DNA of 63,998 bases, counting the filler, from Octopus bimaculoides (taxonomy: Eukaryota): assembly GCF_001194135.2 (NCBI RefSeq). It is 7 parts of 6 records of this genome, joined end to end, with 100 filler letters (N's around TTAATTAATTAA, not from the genome) between each part and the next. Parts side by side here need not be neighbours in the genome. Positions count along the whole stretch, not along the records: positions 1 to 7,189 come from NC_068981.1; positions 7,290 to 13,764 come from NC_068997.1; 5 more parts are not named here. One strand, given 5' to 3'. Under the pieces are notes generated by a model. The model saw only the letters and a program-made list of their open reading frames with translations. It searched no databases and was not told the origin of the DNA. The position numbers and the translations under genes were made by a program. Below, piece by piece: positions 1 to 11,910 of this stretch. How positions within the stretch are numbered: the first letter of the stretch is position 1; each line of letters begins with the position of its first letter.

Positions 1-316
1 TATATATGTATATATATATATGTGTGTGTATCAGCATGTATGTATATGTGCGTGTGTGCGTGTGGTTTATATATATACTTGTATGCATATAATTCTCTTT
101 CTTTCTCATACCACTCTCCTTCCCTATTCCTCTCTCTCCCCTTTCTCACACACAAACACACAAGCACAAACACACAAGCACACACGCACAAGCACGCACA
201 CTCACACACGCACACACACACACACACACATACACACACACACAGAAGCACGCACGCACACACAAGCACACATTCATACACATAGGCTTGCACATACACA
301 CACATACACACACACA
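1..316. repeat. Compound (TA)n/(TG)n/(CA)n microsatellite
   Basis: Directly visible dinucleotide runs; they explain ORFs 20..334 and 22..285. Confidence 0.95.
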
Positions 317-399
317 CTTTCTTTCCTTCCTTGACTTACATTACCAAAGTGCAGAATCACAATCTCACAATGAAACAATCACGATGGTTCGTGATCGAA

Positions 400-467
400 T
401 TATTCTTTGAGGCTTATCAGCTTATCGATATCCAGGAGATGGAAATAGGCATAAAACTTTGTTCTTG
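400..467 (-). CDS. Weak candidate coding exon or short ORF end (ARTKFYAYFHLLDIDKLISLKE*)
   Basis: Minus-strand acceptor-like ATTGATATTTCAG at 480-468, one open frame ending in TAA at 402-400, and a GTAAGT donor at 339. The same frame also runs unspliced from an ATG near 520. No family recognised; may be chance. Confidence 0.15.
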
Positions 468-571
468 CTGAAATATCAATCGCTTGAACGAAAATTTCCC
501 TAGGGGTAATTTCAGTCGGCATTGCTATATAGTGCAGACTTCCAGACTACATCTCTCCACAGAAGCGCATA

Positions 572-641
572 CAGCAGCAACAGCAGCAGCAGCAGCAGCA
601 GCAGCAATAATAACACAAACAAATGTAGCAGTAGGAATATC

Positions 642-688
<47 letters not shown>

Positions 689-690
689 CA
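572..690. repeat. (CAG)n and (CAT)n trinucleotide microsatellites
   Basis: Directly visible runs. Confidence 0.95.
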
Positions 691-794
691 TCTGAAAGAA
701 CAGAAGTAAGAACCGCATCTGCAGACCTCGAAATACTTTTCTAACATTATTTACGTTAAAGATAACAAGTTTGCTTCGTTTTTGATGCATCTAC

Positions 795-928
795 GTAAAC
801 ATACATACATACATACATACACACACATACATACACACACATGTATGTAGGTATGCATGCATGTATGCATGTATGCATGTATGCATATATGTATGTATGC
901 ACCTATAAATGCATGTAGGTTAATAATG

Positions 929-973
<45 letters not shown>

Positions 974-1116
974 ACACAAGCATATGTAGATATATATACG
1001 TATATATTATATAGATATATACTTGTATAGATAAATATACGTATGCATATGCATTCTTGAAAAGATAAAAACATATATACATACATATATACATGTGTGT
1101 ATGTATGTATGTATAG

Positions 1117-1205
<89 letters not shown>
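795..1205. repeat. Compound ACAT/GCATGTAT/TA/TG microsatellite
   Basis: Directly visible runs. Confidence 0.9.
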
Positions 1206-1207
<2 letters not shown>

Positions 1208-2073
1208 GAACAAAAGGTGAGAATGCTTTGTGAACTTTAATCATGATAAAATTAGGAAAATACAGTGTTATTAAAATACGCAACCGGTTTCAATTGTTTA
1301 AGAGAATTATTTCATAAAATAAGAAAAGGTAAAATAAAGTCGATTAAATCAAATTAATCTTAAGTGAGAACAGTTTTAAGCGTTCGTGTATTTTTCATTA
1401 AAACTTCACAAGGTGGTGGATGTTGATTTCCTTCCGATGTATGCCTTGTCATAAAGTAGCAGTAACAACCTTAACACAAGTAGTGGTTTATTGCTCCATT
1501 TTGTAGCAGCAATAACAGAGAGTTATTTTTTCTTATTGACACTGTTGATGTTAAAGAGTGGTTCGTAATAGTGAGTGTAGTCGTAAGGTGATTGTGGAAG
1601 TGGTAGCATCAGCAATGATAGAGGTCATAGTAGTAGTGATGGCTGTACCGGCCTCTTTAGTAGAAGCGTCAACAGCAACATAGCAGCTTAAGTAGTGGTT
1701 GTAAAGATGGAAATGGTAGAATCTGTAGATGTAGAAGTAGTTAGTTCCTCTGTTTCAGTAGCAGGTGTTGGAGCACTGGCCATAGAAGCGGTAGTATTAG
1801 CTGCAAAAGCAGTAGTAATTGTAGTGGTAGGAGCAGTTGTAGGTCTCATACAGACAGGTACACACACACACACACAAATAATTGTCACAGTTCTTGCCTG
1901 AAGATTGCAATAGCATGAAATTCGATTTGCATGATAAACATTCAGTTGTAATAAACTATGCGTATATGTCTGCCTGTGTATTTATGTATGCATGTATGTA
2001 TCATGCATACATGTTTCATGTATGTATCATGCATGCATGTTTCATGTATGTAGTTATATAAAATAAAATAAAA

Positions 2074-2171
2074 ACTAAGTCCCCTGTGATATCAGCAATC
2101 TGTAGGACAGGCCACGTGTGGTTATCTCCGTATTTCAAACTCCAGTATGAAAACATCTAATAAGAGGTATC
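2074..2171 (+). repeat. 98-bp direct repeat, copy 1
   Basis: ACTAAGTCCCCTGTG...AAGAGGTATC is identical by eye to 4075-4172. Confidence 0.95.
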
Positions 2172-4074
2172 AGTTGTAGAAATAGGATGAGTGGTAATAA
2201 TAGAAAGCGAGTGTAGAGGAAATGATTACAAGTTTTAGTGGATTTGATCATTAATTATAATTGTAAATGAGATTAATTAAGAGTAGCATAGAGATAGCAA
2301 AATTGAGGGAGAGAGTGTAATTCGTTGTAAACAAGACCAGTCAGGCAAAACTAAATGTTATTAGCATGAGAATGAGCTCTTTGCTAAACTGATGATCGAA
2401 TATATATTCTAGTTATATACATGTACGAAATATTTAAAACTATCACTAACAAAATTATTACTCACTTATTACTTTAATTATTGATGATCCTTTCTGAAAA
2501 TTAAACATTTTCAAGTGTATTGACTTTCTTCATTGGGAGATTGCTTTTTCAGTTAGTTTCGGTAGCGTGGAAATGCCGTATAGCAACATCAGTGTGTATA
2601 TAGAAAAAACAAGCAATGCTTTCATACAGGCGGTGCATATAACATATTAAACACACATTTCCATTAGAAACAGGGGTCCATGTCCATAGAAAAAAATGTA
2701 AAATATGTATGTTTAAGTTTTCTTGTGTTATTGTGCTTCAGTGTCCCACAAAACAATATCAGGTCTGTTATGCTTGCACCAAACTCCATTTTTTTATTGG
2801 AGTGTTCCAACAGAAATTCTTGTTTTTAAAGGTGTGAATACATGCTGGTTCTGACATGCCTTTGATGTATACGTCAAGGCAATTGTTCCTGCAGATAACG
2901 TTGTAAATAGTATGTACGTACGTATGTATGTATGTATGTACGCACGCATGCATTTATGTATGTATGTGCATATGCATAAACATAAATATACAGGGAGACA
3001 AACAGACAGAGACACAGAGAGCCGTGTATAAATTAAACTTTCTAAATTATATGTGTAACTGAATCTTTAAATCAAGTTTCTGTGAGTTTTACAAACAACC
3101 TCAAATATTAACGCTGATTACTACAAGCCTAAGTTTATGCATTTAATACCGGTCTTATCATCATCATTACATTGAATCAACGAAACGAATGCTTCTGGCG
3201 CATTTCATATGGACTAAAAAACATCTTTTATAATCTTTAGTCATAACAAAAGGCATAGCATCCACTTCATAAACGATGTTTTGCAAACTATTATATTATT
3301 TATCAGACGCTAATAACGAAAGTTTATAATCGAATTTTCATCTTCTCCGAAGGTAATTTTCCAAAATAAAGTTTGAGTAAACTTTTTCCTTTTTATTATT
3401 TTACAGAATAAAGATCAATAGAAAAATAAACTCTTTCAAATGTGTGCTAAAACATATGATTCTATAGCAATATTTCAGGATATATGTGTCTATATTTGAA
3501 TACATATTTGCACATATATCTCGAAATATGAATTAGCGTATTATGTATGTATATATGTATGTATGTATGTATAACAATATATTTATACATGCACACAGTA
3601 TATGTGGATATATCCAAGGCTCATATTTGACTCTGAAAGATTGCAACATAACTTTACTAAGTACATGTCCAATATACCTATTGGTTACTCTAAAACTGAC
3701 CGTAGGATTCTCACCAAAACCTGCACTAGGCTAAAGTATAGTAAAAAGGAAACAAATATTATTATTAACTATGGAATAATTTCAGTTTCATGATTAAAAT
3801 GAATGCTGAGATATTTTTTCCATCTGAATATACCACGTGAGTATGCCACGTGAGTAACCAATTACATACTCATTCACTACAGAATAAGGATTACCAGTCT
3901 ATTTCTACCTTATCAACGCTATGGAAATTGAGCTACTATAAAAGGCTAGAAAAATAATGTTACTCTGCAATGATGCATTTTGGATTAAAAGATGAAAACA
4001 GGAAACTACTTGACCCCAACATATGAAAAAAAAAGGATTCTGTGTTGGCCCACACATTTTTAAATCGATACATG

Positions 4075-4172
4075 ACTAAGTCCCCTGTGATATCAGCAAT
4101 CTGTAGGACAGGCCACGTGTGGTTATCTCCGTATTTCAAACTCCAGTATGAAAACATCTAATAAGAGGTATC
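4075..4172 (+). repeat. 98-bp direct repeat, copy 2
   Basis: Identical by eye to 2074-2171. Confidence 0.95.
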
Positions 4173-4192
4173 CCTGTACGCTTCTAGAAACA

Positions 4193-4233
4193 TGTAACTC
4201 AGTACAACCTGTCGCAGGTTGTACTGAGTTACA
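4193..4233. repeat. Perfect 19-bp stem, 3-nt loop hairpin
   Basis: TGTAACTCAGTACAACCTG-TCG-CAGGTTGTACTGAGTTACA. Confidence 0.95.
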
Positions 4234-4491
4234 ATCCCAGTTATAGTTGGTAACCCTTCCGCAGCCCTTACTACTCGGTACACTTAAATCCCTAGACTCT
4301 ACTGCACTAGTCATTTTCCCTCAACACCGTTCTAAAAATCTAATAAACCTAATAATATTATTAGTCATAAACTTTATACATTTATATCTAATGTTTAGTT
4401 CGTAACTTCCTTATGACGGTAGTTTTATATGCCTTTATATTTAGTTATCTTTACCAGCAGGCGTGACTAGCTATGTAGACATTGCAGGACT

Positions 4492-4640
4492 TTAATCAAT
4501 GAAGCTGCATTCTGGAGAGTTAGGCGGCCAGATGTTAGATGTGATATGGTCGAAGAAAGTATCTGACAACCATAACTGGGTTCTCCTGCTTGTGTTGCAT
4601 GGTGCACAGTCCTGTTGCCAGACATAGGGTCTTCCACAAA
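4492..4640 (-). mobile_element. Tc1/mariner transposase relic (catalytic domain fragment)
   Basis: Minus strand reads GRPYVWQQDCAPCNTSRRTQLWLSDTFFDHITSNIWPPNSPECSFID*, matching the QQDxAPxH...WPPNSPDLNPxD pattern. Confidence 0.9.
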
Positions 4641-5825
4641 TGTCTATTTACCTATGGGCGAGAAGAAATCTGCTTACTCCTTATATCAGGATCTAAATAT
4701 GTAGTGAGGAGACTAGGTGTGATATGTATTAATCTTTGCTTAAACATATTTGAGCTTTGATAGATGTATAGACATATATACATAATGTGAGAGGGGGGAT
4801 TGAGGGGACATACATTCAGGAAATGGAGAAAGATGGGATTTTGTCCTGTCCTTGAGTAACTGTATTTATACACTTATATATACATGTCAATACACATACA
4901 CTTCTGTTGAAATAAGTTCGAATGCAGTCTAATATGTTGATTAACGCAAAAGTATATATGCTAGGCTATACCACTACTTTTTATGACTATATAATTACAT
5001 ATTCATTCTTTGACATGCTTTTGTTTATTATGTATCTATGTACTAGAATACTTCCTATTTGAGGACAACCTACATAAAGTATTACATTGACATATCATAG
5101 TAAACTTGTATATGTTTAAATATACTTTTCTGTATGTAACAAAAAGCTCGCTTGTTTATATATGTAAGCAAATGTGTATATCTAAATTTCAATATACCCA
5201 CATGCATGTCTATATATCTTTACGTCTACTCAATTGACTTAGACATGCCGTTAACTATAACATTTGAGGTTTTTTTATATCACCTCTCTCGTTCCATTAT
5301 ACCATATGTTAAATTTCGTTCCAATATTTCATATCATTTGCCTATATTACATTACTGTATTCCATGTTATATTGCATTACAGTATATTATATTATATCAT
5401 GGTGTTTTATATTTTGTTGTGTAACACTGCACTTCTGTGGATCGGTTTACATTAATATGATTTATCCTGAATGCATTTTTCAGTTCGCAGCCAAAAGCAA
5501 CGGTAGCAACATACGCTCTCTTCCAATAACAATTACCTTAATATTGTATGAACAATTGACTTGCCCAAACTAACCTTGAGTCTAACATTAGTTAACCTAA
5601 GCACCACTTATAGAAACCTGTATAGCCATATGTTATTTAATCTGCCTCCACTGTCAAAGCCAATGATGTTTCTCAACATCTTAATATCTACTAAGTTGGA
5701 ACCTATACACACACATACACATATACATATATATTCTCAAGAATTCAATCACTACTACCATCCACAAGTCACTTTCAGGGCACTTGACCATTTAACATCC
5801 AACTATAACCATGGCACTCCCGCAT

Positions 5826-5880
5826 TCTTCTTCTTCTTCTTCTTCTTCTTCTTCTTCTTCTTCTTCTTCTTCTTCTTCTC
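5826..5880. repeat. (TTC)n microsatellite
   Basis: Directly visible run. Confidence 0.95.
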
Positions 5881-6944
5881 TTTTTCCTTCTTCTTTTTCC
5901 CTGCCAAGAATTCACAACGACCTCGAACCCACAAGAGTATACAAGAGAGACAGAGACAGGCAGAAACAAGGAAAATGCCCCTTGTATTTGAATACTATGC
6001 AAATATTCTTTTAAAACACTTTTCTTTTAATTTTTCCAAAATTTTATTGTTTTCCATACTTACAGGTGAAAAAGTCTCAATGACTGAAACCNNNNNNNNN
6101 NNNNNNNNNNNNNNNNNNNNNNNNNNNNNNNNNNNNNNNNNNNNNNNNNNNNNNNNNNNNNNNNNNNNNNNNNNNNNNNNNNNNNNNNNNNNNNNNNNNN
6201 NNNNNNNNNNNNNNNNNNNNNNNNNNNNNNNNNNNNNNNNNNNNNNNNNNNNNNNNNNNNNNNNNNNNNNNNNNNNNNNNNNNNNNNNNNNNNNNNNNNN
6301 NNNNNNNNNNNNNNNNNNNNNNNNNNNNNNNNNNNNNNNNNNNNNNNNNNNNNNNNNNNNNNNNNNNNNNNNNNNNNNNNNNNNNNNNNNNNNNNNNNNN
6401 NNNNNNNNNNNNNNNNNNNNNNNNNNNNNNNNNNNNNNNNNNTATATATATATATATATATATATGTACATATATATAGCTCAAATTTACAGAAAACAAA
6501 TGACGAAGAGTGGTGAAGAAACAACAAGCAGGTGTATTAGTTTAATGCTCGAGAAAAATGGAAAGGTCTTTGGTATTTCAAACCTACGTTCTTTGACAGA
6601 AATGATTGAGAGGGAAAAAATAGAGAGAACAAAAAAAAACGGAGAGAAAGAAATGTGTAGGGATTAACGGTTCAACATGATGAATATATATATATATAAT
6701 TCTTTTATTCGTTTATTCGTTTCAGCCATATATATATTCTTTCAAACACGAATATATATATATTATTCTGAAACAAGATTGTTGACTGTGACTTCGAAGT
6801 TACGACCAGCTATGTTATCGTCGAGGTTACTGTCAATAATATTATTGTTTAAGACTAATAAATTTATACTCTGCAAAAGTATAGAGTAACCCATCAGATT
6901 AATGTAAAATTGTTTTTATTATAACTGAACATAAAAGCAAATAT

Positions 6945-6968
6945 AGATAGATAGATAGATAGACAGAC

Positions 6969-7055
<87 letters not shown>
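6945..7055. repeat. (GATA)n/(GACA)n microsatellite
   Basis: Directly visible run. Confidence 0.95.
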
Positions 7056-7056
<1 letters not shown>

Positions 7057-7189
7057 TGTACTGTTCCGTGATAGAAAATTCAACAAAAAAGTACTCCATC
7101 TGGTGAGAGATAAATATTCATTTAAATATATATATATATACACATACACACATATATATGCATATATATGTATATATATATATATATAT

Positions 7190-7289
7190 NNNNNNNNNNN
7201 NNNNNNNNNNNNNNNNNNNNNNNNNNNNNNNNNTTAATTAATTAANNNNNNNNNNNNNNNNNNNNNNNNNNNNNNNNNNNNNNNNNNNN
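7190..7289. other. Artificial scaffold linker 44N-TTAATTAATTAA-44N (also at 13765-13864, 19584-19683, 51015-51114, 60917-61016, 62868-62967)
   Basis: The same 100-bp structure occurs six times; the 12-mer is palindromic with stops in all six frames. Confidence 0.95.
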
Positions 7290-7739
7290 GGGGGGGGGGC
7301 GATTATTCACTTTCTACTCAGTCCCTAAAATACCCATGATGCAACGGTGTCCGTTTCTACACCATCAAGAAGCTCAGTGGGCGGCAAGGTATTATTACAA
7401 TAATGTGACAAATTTTAACGATGTATACAGGATGGTTATTTCGTCCATCCCAGAAAGGATGAAAGGCGAAGTCACTTCGATGGAATGCGAACAAAGAACC
7501 GAAATAAACACTTAATCCGCTCAACCGTTTCTTCTGTAAATGACTGAGTCGAGAAAGCGTTGATAGAAAAACACATTGAACATTCATAGTTCAATAGATC
7601 GGTTGTGAATTTGGAAATACACAATATTTTAATAAGGAAATCTGGTGTTGTTGGTGCCATAGAGGTCATACTGGGGAGCGGTGGTTGAGAGACTGGCTTA
7701 AGATTTATATTATTACATAGCTGTAAGTTAATGGTTTTG

Positions 7740-7911
7740 TAGTAGCGTGGCTTTTCGGTAGAAGTACAAGAAGCGGTCCGCCACGTATGACCCTTTTATA
7801 GGGCAGCACTTTTGAGAGTGTTGTGTAAGCCTGTACAGGACTGGGCATAGGAGATGGGGCGACCAACCCAGGGGATGGCCCCGGGCGACACACACTCTAG
7901 CTACGTCACTG
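7740..7911. mobile_element. Possible decayed hAT-type MITE
   Basis: Right end reverse-complements to CAGTGACGTAGCTAG; left end TAGTAGCGTGGCT is a partial match; GC-rich interior; no clean TSD. Confidence 0.35.
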
Positions 7912-8495
7912 AGTATTTGCCTACGTCCCGTTACGTTCTGAGTTCAAACCTCGTCCACGTTTTCATTGCTTTTCATTCTTCCGTGGCCGATAAAAATAGA
8001 CACTCGGCTCGATCTAATTTACCATAGAACGACTGAAACCAGTAAAAGAATAGAAGCATAAAAGAATATGACAAAAAAAAAAATGAAATGAAACGAATGT
8101 GTACAATAAACAACGAAGCAAGAACGACTGACGTAATTCTAACATAATAAATAAAAGTTGTGTATTTTATGTGTGAGAATAAGTTCAAAAATAACAATTT
8201 GCTCGTTTGGTGAATGACTGTTGCTAATTGAGTGGCGGCCGTAGGAAACGATTAGCAGAGCAACTTTATATATCAGCAGCGCTCTACTTTTATATATTTG
8301 TCTTTTACAAAAGCTGAATTTCTGTGTCAAAGCTCCAGTTTCAGCCCTCATTTCCTCTCCACCCCCCGCTCTCTTTCTTTCTCTCTTGTATTCTTTTTAT
8401 TTCATTCATTCATTTTCTCCTTCTCTCTAACTCGTTCTATGTTAGGTTTGTCTTTTTCATCCATTTTGTTTCTTTTTTATTTCTTAGGCGTGTAC

Positions 8496-8527
<32 letters not shown>

Positions 8528-8665
8528 NNNNNNNNNNNNNNNNNNNNNNNNNNNNNNNNNNNNNNNNNNNNNNNNNNNNNNNNNNNNNNNNNNNNNNNNN
8601 NNNNNNNNNNNNNNNNNNNNNNNNNNNNNNNNAAACGTATACTCATTATTTACTGATATTGGATA

Positions 8666-8701
<36 letters not shown>

Positions 8702-8875
8702 TATATATACATATACGCACACACACTCATACACATACACACACTCACACACACACTCAGTGGTTGTTTTGCTGTTTGGTTCTCTCTCGTCTTACTCCGG
8801 ATTACTCAAAGAATGCGTTCTCAGAAACAGAAAGTGGACAGACAAGAAAAGATAGAATAATACTTTTCTGACTTG

Positions 8876-8924
<49 letters not shown>

Positions 8925-9192
8925 TTTACCAATACGCCTGTTTTCAGTAAGCCTCTCCTCTCTCAATGGTTCGTTGTTTTGATTTCTTCCACTGTCGGTT
9001 GCTAATAATAATGCTCATGAATGCTTTCCCAAAAACATGACTCAACTAGAAAATTGTCCAGAAAATATCTTTCAACCATTTACTAAACTTGTTTCAATGC
9101 TTCATACCATGTCCGCTCAAACATATTCTACTTTAAATGAGTAAAGAGAGAGAGGAAAAAAAAAAAGAAAAAAGAAAAAAAAAGTTATCTAT

Positions 9193-9318
9193 AGGCGCAG
9201 CCGTGGCTGTGTGGTAAGACGCTTGCTTTCCAAGTACATGGTTCTGGATTCAGTCTCACTGTGTGGCACCTTGGCCAAGAGTCTTCTACTATAGCCTCGG
9301 GCCGACCAAAGCCTTGTG
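9193..9318 (+). mobile_element. tRNA-derived SINE type A (CORE-like), 3'-truncated
   Basis: A/B-box-like head GTGGCTGTGTGGTAAG...GGATTCAGTC followed by CACCTTGGCCAAGAGTCTTCTACTATAGCC; many copies in the window. Confidence 0.85.
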
Positions 9319-9321
9319 CAT

Positions 9322-9598
9322 ACTTCCAGACGCTTACTTAATGGAATCTTGCGTCATTCTTCTTGTCGGATACGTTGTCTGTGAATTCTTGCACGTTGGC
9401 AGAGGGAATTATTTATAACTTTCCTTGCAATTTGGAAAGGTAAGGCAGTATATGAGATTTTGCGTTTTGCAGTTCATATCTGCATTTATTTTGAAAAGGG
9501 ATCCGCTCTTGAATTTTATATGGGAAACACTTTCCAAGTATTTGAAGTTGTTGATGTTGTTGCATGTCCAACATCTCCTGTCTCTACATTCCTTTACT
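9322..9598 (-). mobile_element. Penelope-like element relic, Zn-binding/GIY-YIG region
   Basis: Reads VKECRDRRCWTCNN...FKINADMNCKTQNLIYCLTFPNC, then after a frameshift LCQRARIHRQRIR, typical of the PLE CxxxxCxxC...NCxxxNLIYC...RxxxH region. Confidence 0.8.
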
Positions 9599-10092
9599 AA
9601 GAATTNNNNNNNNNNNNNNNNNNNNNNNNNNNNNNNNNNNNNNNNNNNNNNNNNNNNNNNNNNNNNNNNNNNNNNNNNNNNNNNNNNNNNNNNNNNNNNN
9701 NNNNNNNNNNNNNNNNNNNNNNNNNNNNNNNNNNNNNNCTTGTGAGGTGTTTAAAAAATTTTTTGGTTGACGTCTGCTATTCCGTAAAGTGCTTTTTTTT
9801 TTTCAATCACAGTTTTCATTTTGGGTCTTTGTAGGAGTATAGGTAAGTTCGATTTTATGGCGTGAAAGATGTTGGTTATTCCAGGACTCTGTGTGTTAAT
9901 GAACGGAATCGTGTTTTCATTAACACACACAGTCCTGGGATAACCAACATCTTTCACGCCATAAAATCGAACTTACCTATACTCCTACAAAGCCCCAAAA
10001 TGAAAACCGTGATTGAAAAAAAAAAGAACTTTACGGAATAGCAGACGCCAACCAAAAAATCTTAAAAAACACCTGACAGGGGCAGAATTCTT
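9599..10092. mobile_element. Foldback/MITE-like element with about 165-bp inverted arms
   Basis: 9741-9903 is the reverse complement of 9916-10078 (roughly 90% by eye) with a 12-nt spacer; AAGAATT (9599) and AATTCTT (10092) extend the arms across the N gap. Confidence 0.85.
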
Positions 10093-10315
10093 CTGTCCCT
10101 AAACTTCTTCCGTATGCTGTCATGTCCGTCCTCCAATTCGCCATACTTTTTCCTAGCAATCGCTCAGCATTCGATGCAGTACCAAATAGGTTCATACACT
10201 CCATAATCCAAGAATGTGGCATCATATCGTACGCCTTACGATAGTCGATCCATGACATGGCTAAGTTACTTTTCCTCCTCTTGCAGTCTCTGATTACAGT
10301 TTTGTCTATCAAGAT
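10093..10315 (-). mobile_element. Dong/R4-clade LINE reverse transcriptase fragment
   Basis: IDKTVIRDCKRRKSNLAMSWIDYRKAYDMMPHSWIMECM...WRT matches the LxMAWIDYxKAYDxVPHSWI RT motif. Confidence 0.92.
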
Positions 10316-10733
10316 GCCGCGTAGAGGGTTCGAACCCCGAAACTATATGCTAGCAAAGCGAGCCTCTTAACTATACGCCCTATGTGCGCGCGCTCACAAA
10401 CGTGTGTGTGTGTGTAATAAAGAGCTAGGTCAGGTGAGATGGGGGTGGGTAGGTAAGAGAGAATAAAGATAAGGGCCAGGCCTAAAGAAGGAAATCGGGG
10501 TCAAGTGGGACAAAAAAAAAAGGGTTGGAGGGAAGGGTAGCAGCGGCGGAGAATAGAGATCTTTGAAGGAATGGTGAAAATGTACTGAAGTTGTGGAGGA
10601 ACAGGAATTAAGAGTGTAAAGGAGTGGTCAGAAATATAATGCCAAATATGTCGGCAGGGGATCATGGGTAGGGATAGAAAGCTATGGTCAAAAGGTCAGG
10701 AGGGGAGCGAGAAGGACGATGAAGCAAATAAAG

Positions 10734-10822
10734 GCGTAGGCATGGCTGTGTGGTTAAGTAGAGTGGCTTTGCAAACACGGGGTTTCGGGTTCAGCCCCAC
10801 TGCGCGGCATCTTGAGCAAGGG
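10734..10822 (+). mobile_element. SINE type A head fragment
   Basis: GGCGTAGGCATGGCTGTGTGGTTAAG...GGGTTCAGCCCCACTGCGCGGCATCTTGAGCAAG. Confidence 0.75.
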
Positions 10823-10959
10823 TTTTCTAAAAAAATTAGATCAACAAAAACATACTCTCGTATATTGATTTCCCCTCAAATGTTATTCTTTCAGAATGCT
10901 GTAGGTTCACCACATCTGCTTAAGTGATTGTTGTCAGACTGTTAACCTTGTAACATAAT

Positions 10960-11375
10960 GTGCCAGCAATTTTGGCACAAGGCCAGCAATTTTAAAGAGT
11001 TGGATATAATCGATTACATCGACTCAGAAAAGATTGAAAGCCGAAGTTAACCTCGGCGAAATTTGAACTCAGAACCAGAAGAACCAGAAGAAATGTCGTC
11101 AAAGCATTTGGTCCGACCTGCTAACGATTCTGCCAACTCGCCGTCTAATAATGGTTGCAAATTTTGGCAGAGGACTAGCATTTTTAGCAGAAGGGGATTA
11201 GCCAATGCCATCGGCTCCAGTACTTGACGAGTACTTAATTTTATCGACCCTGAAAGGATGAAAGGCAAAGTTGACCGTGGCGTTATTTGATTGAACTCAG
11301 AACGCAAAGAGCAATAAAAAGCAATCTTTGAGGTTTTGTCTGTTGCGCTAACGATTCTTGTCAGCTCGCCGCTTA
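10960..11375 (-). mobile_element. Two tandem SINE type B copies (Meta-domain-like)
   Basis: Each has the reverse complement of GGCGAGYTGGCAGAA...GAGTTCAAAT...GCCTTTCATCCTTTC...GTCGATAAAAT; degenerate. The Meta-domain assignment is from memory. Confidence 0.8.
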
Positions 11376-11789
11376 ATCTTGTTAAGATAATACAAATATG
11401 TTGTGCTCGATACAATCCTGTTTCCATTTTAATACGTAATCATCTGTTATTTGAAAGAATGCAGTAAGCATATCTCGATCACTTTGTAAAGGCAGCGAGA
11501 CCAGTCGTTGGGATCCTCATCCAAAGCCATCGAAAAACCTTTACAATATGCAACGGGAGAAGGGGCTTCTGTAAGGAATTTCATCAGGAGTCGGGTTGGT
11601 TATGAAGTTGCCTTCACATCCCATTTCCTTCTGTGAGCGCTCATCTTTAATATAGTCAAACTTTAATTTAATATCCCAGGAAATCTTCGGCGTCGGTATG
11701 ATTACGATGTAGTCCTCGCATCTCCTTTTTTTTTTTATATATATATAACCCTCGTATAAATATTGATTTAGGCACAAGGCCTTAACATT

Positions 11790-11910
11790 TTAGGGAAAGA
11801 GGTTGACTATATTCACTCGAAATGAATAATACTTTATTTTGTACTTCAAGGGTACTTTATTTCATCGACCCCGCGGAAGATGCGATTTCAAAGTTGACCT
11901 CGGTATAATT
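11790..11910 (-). mobile_element. SINE type B fragment
   Basis: TTCATCGACCCCGCGGAAGATGCGATTTCAAAGTTGACCTCGG, a degenerate type B body. Confidence 0.6.

Noticed and set aside
512-790. ORF with a hydrophobic signal-peptide-like stretch (poly-M, poly-L)
   Set aside because: Produced by CAT and CAG microsatellites; no mature domain follows.
1688-1901. Mucin-like Thr/Ala-rich ORF
   Set aside because: Decayed GTA/GCA repeat sequence, open on both strands, with no splice support.
6565-6601. Hammerhead-like remnant in PLE-type sequence
   Set aside because: Core nucleotides (CUGAnGA, GAAAC) are mutated beyond support.
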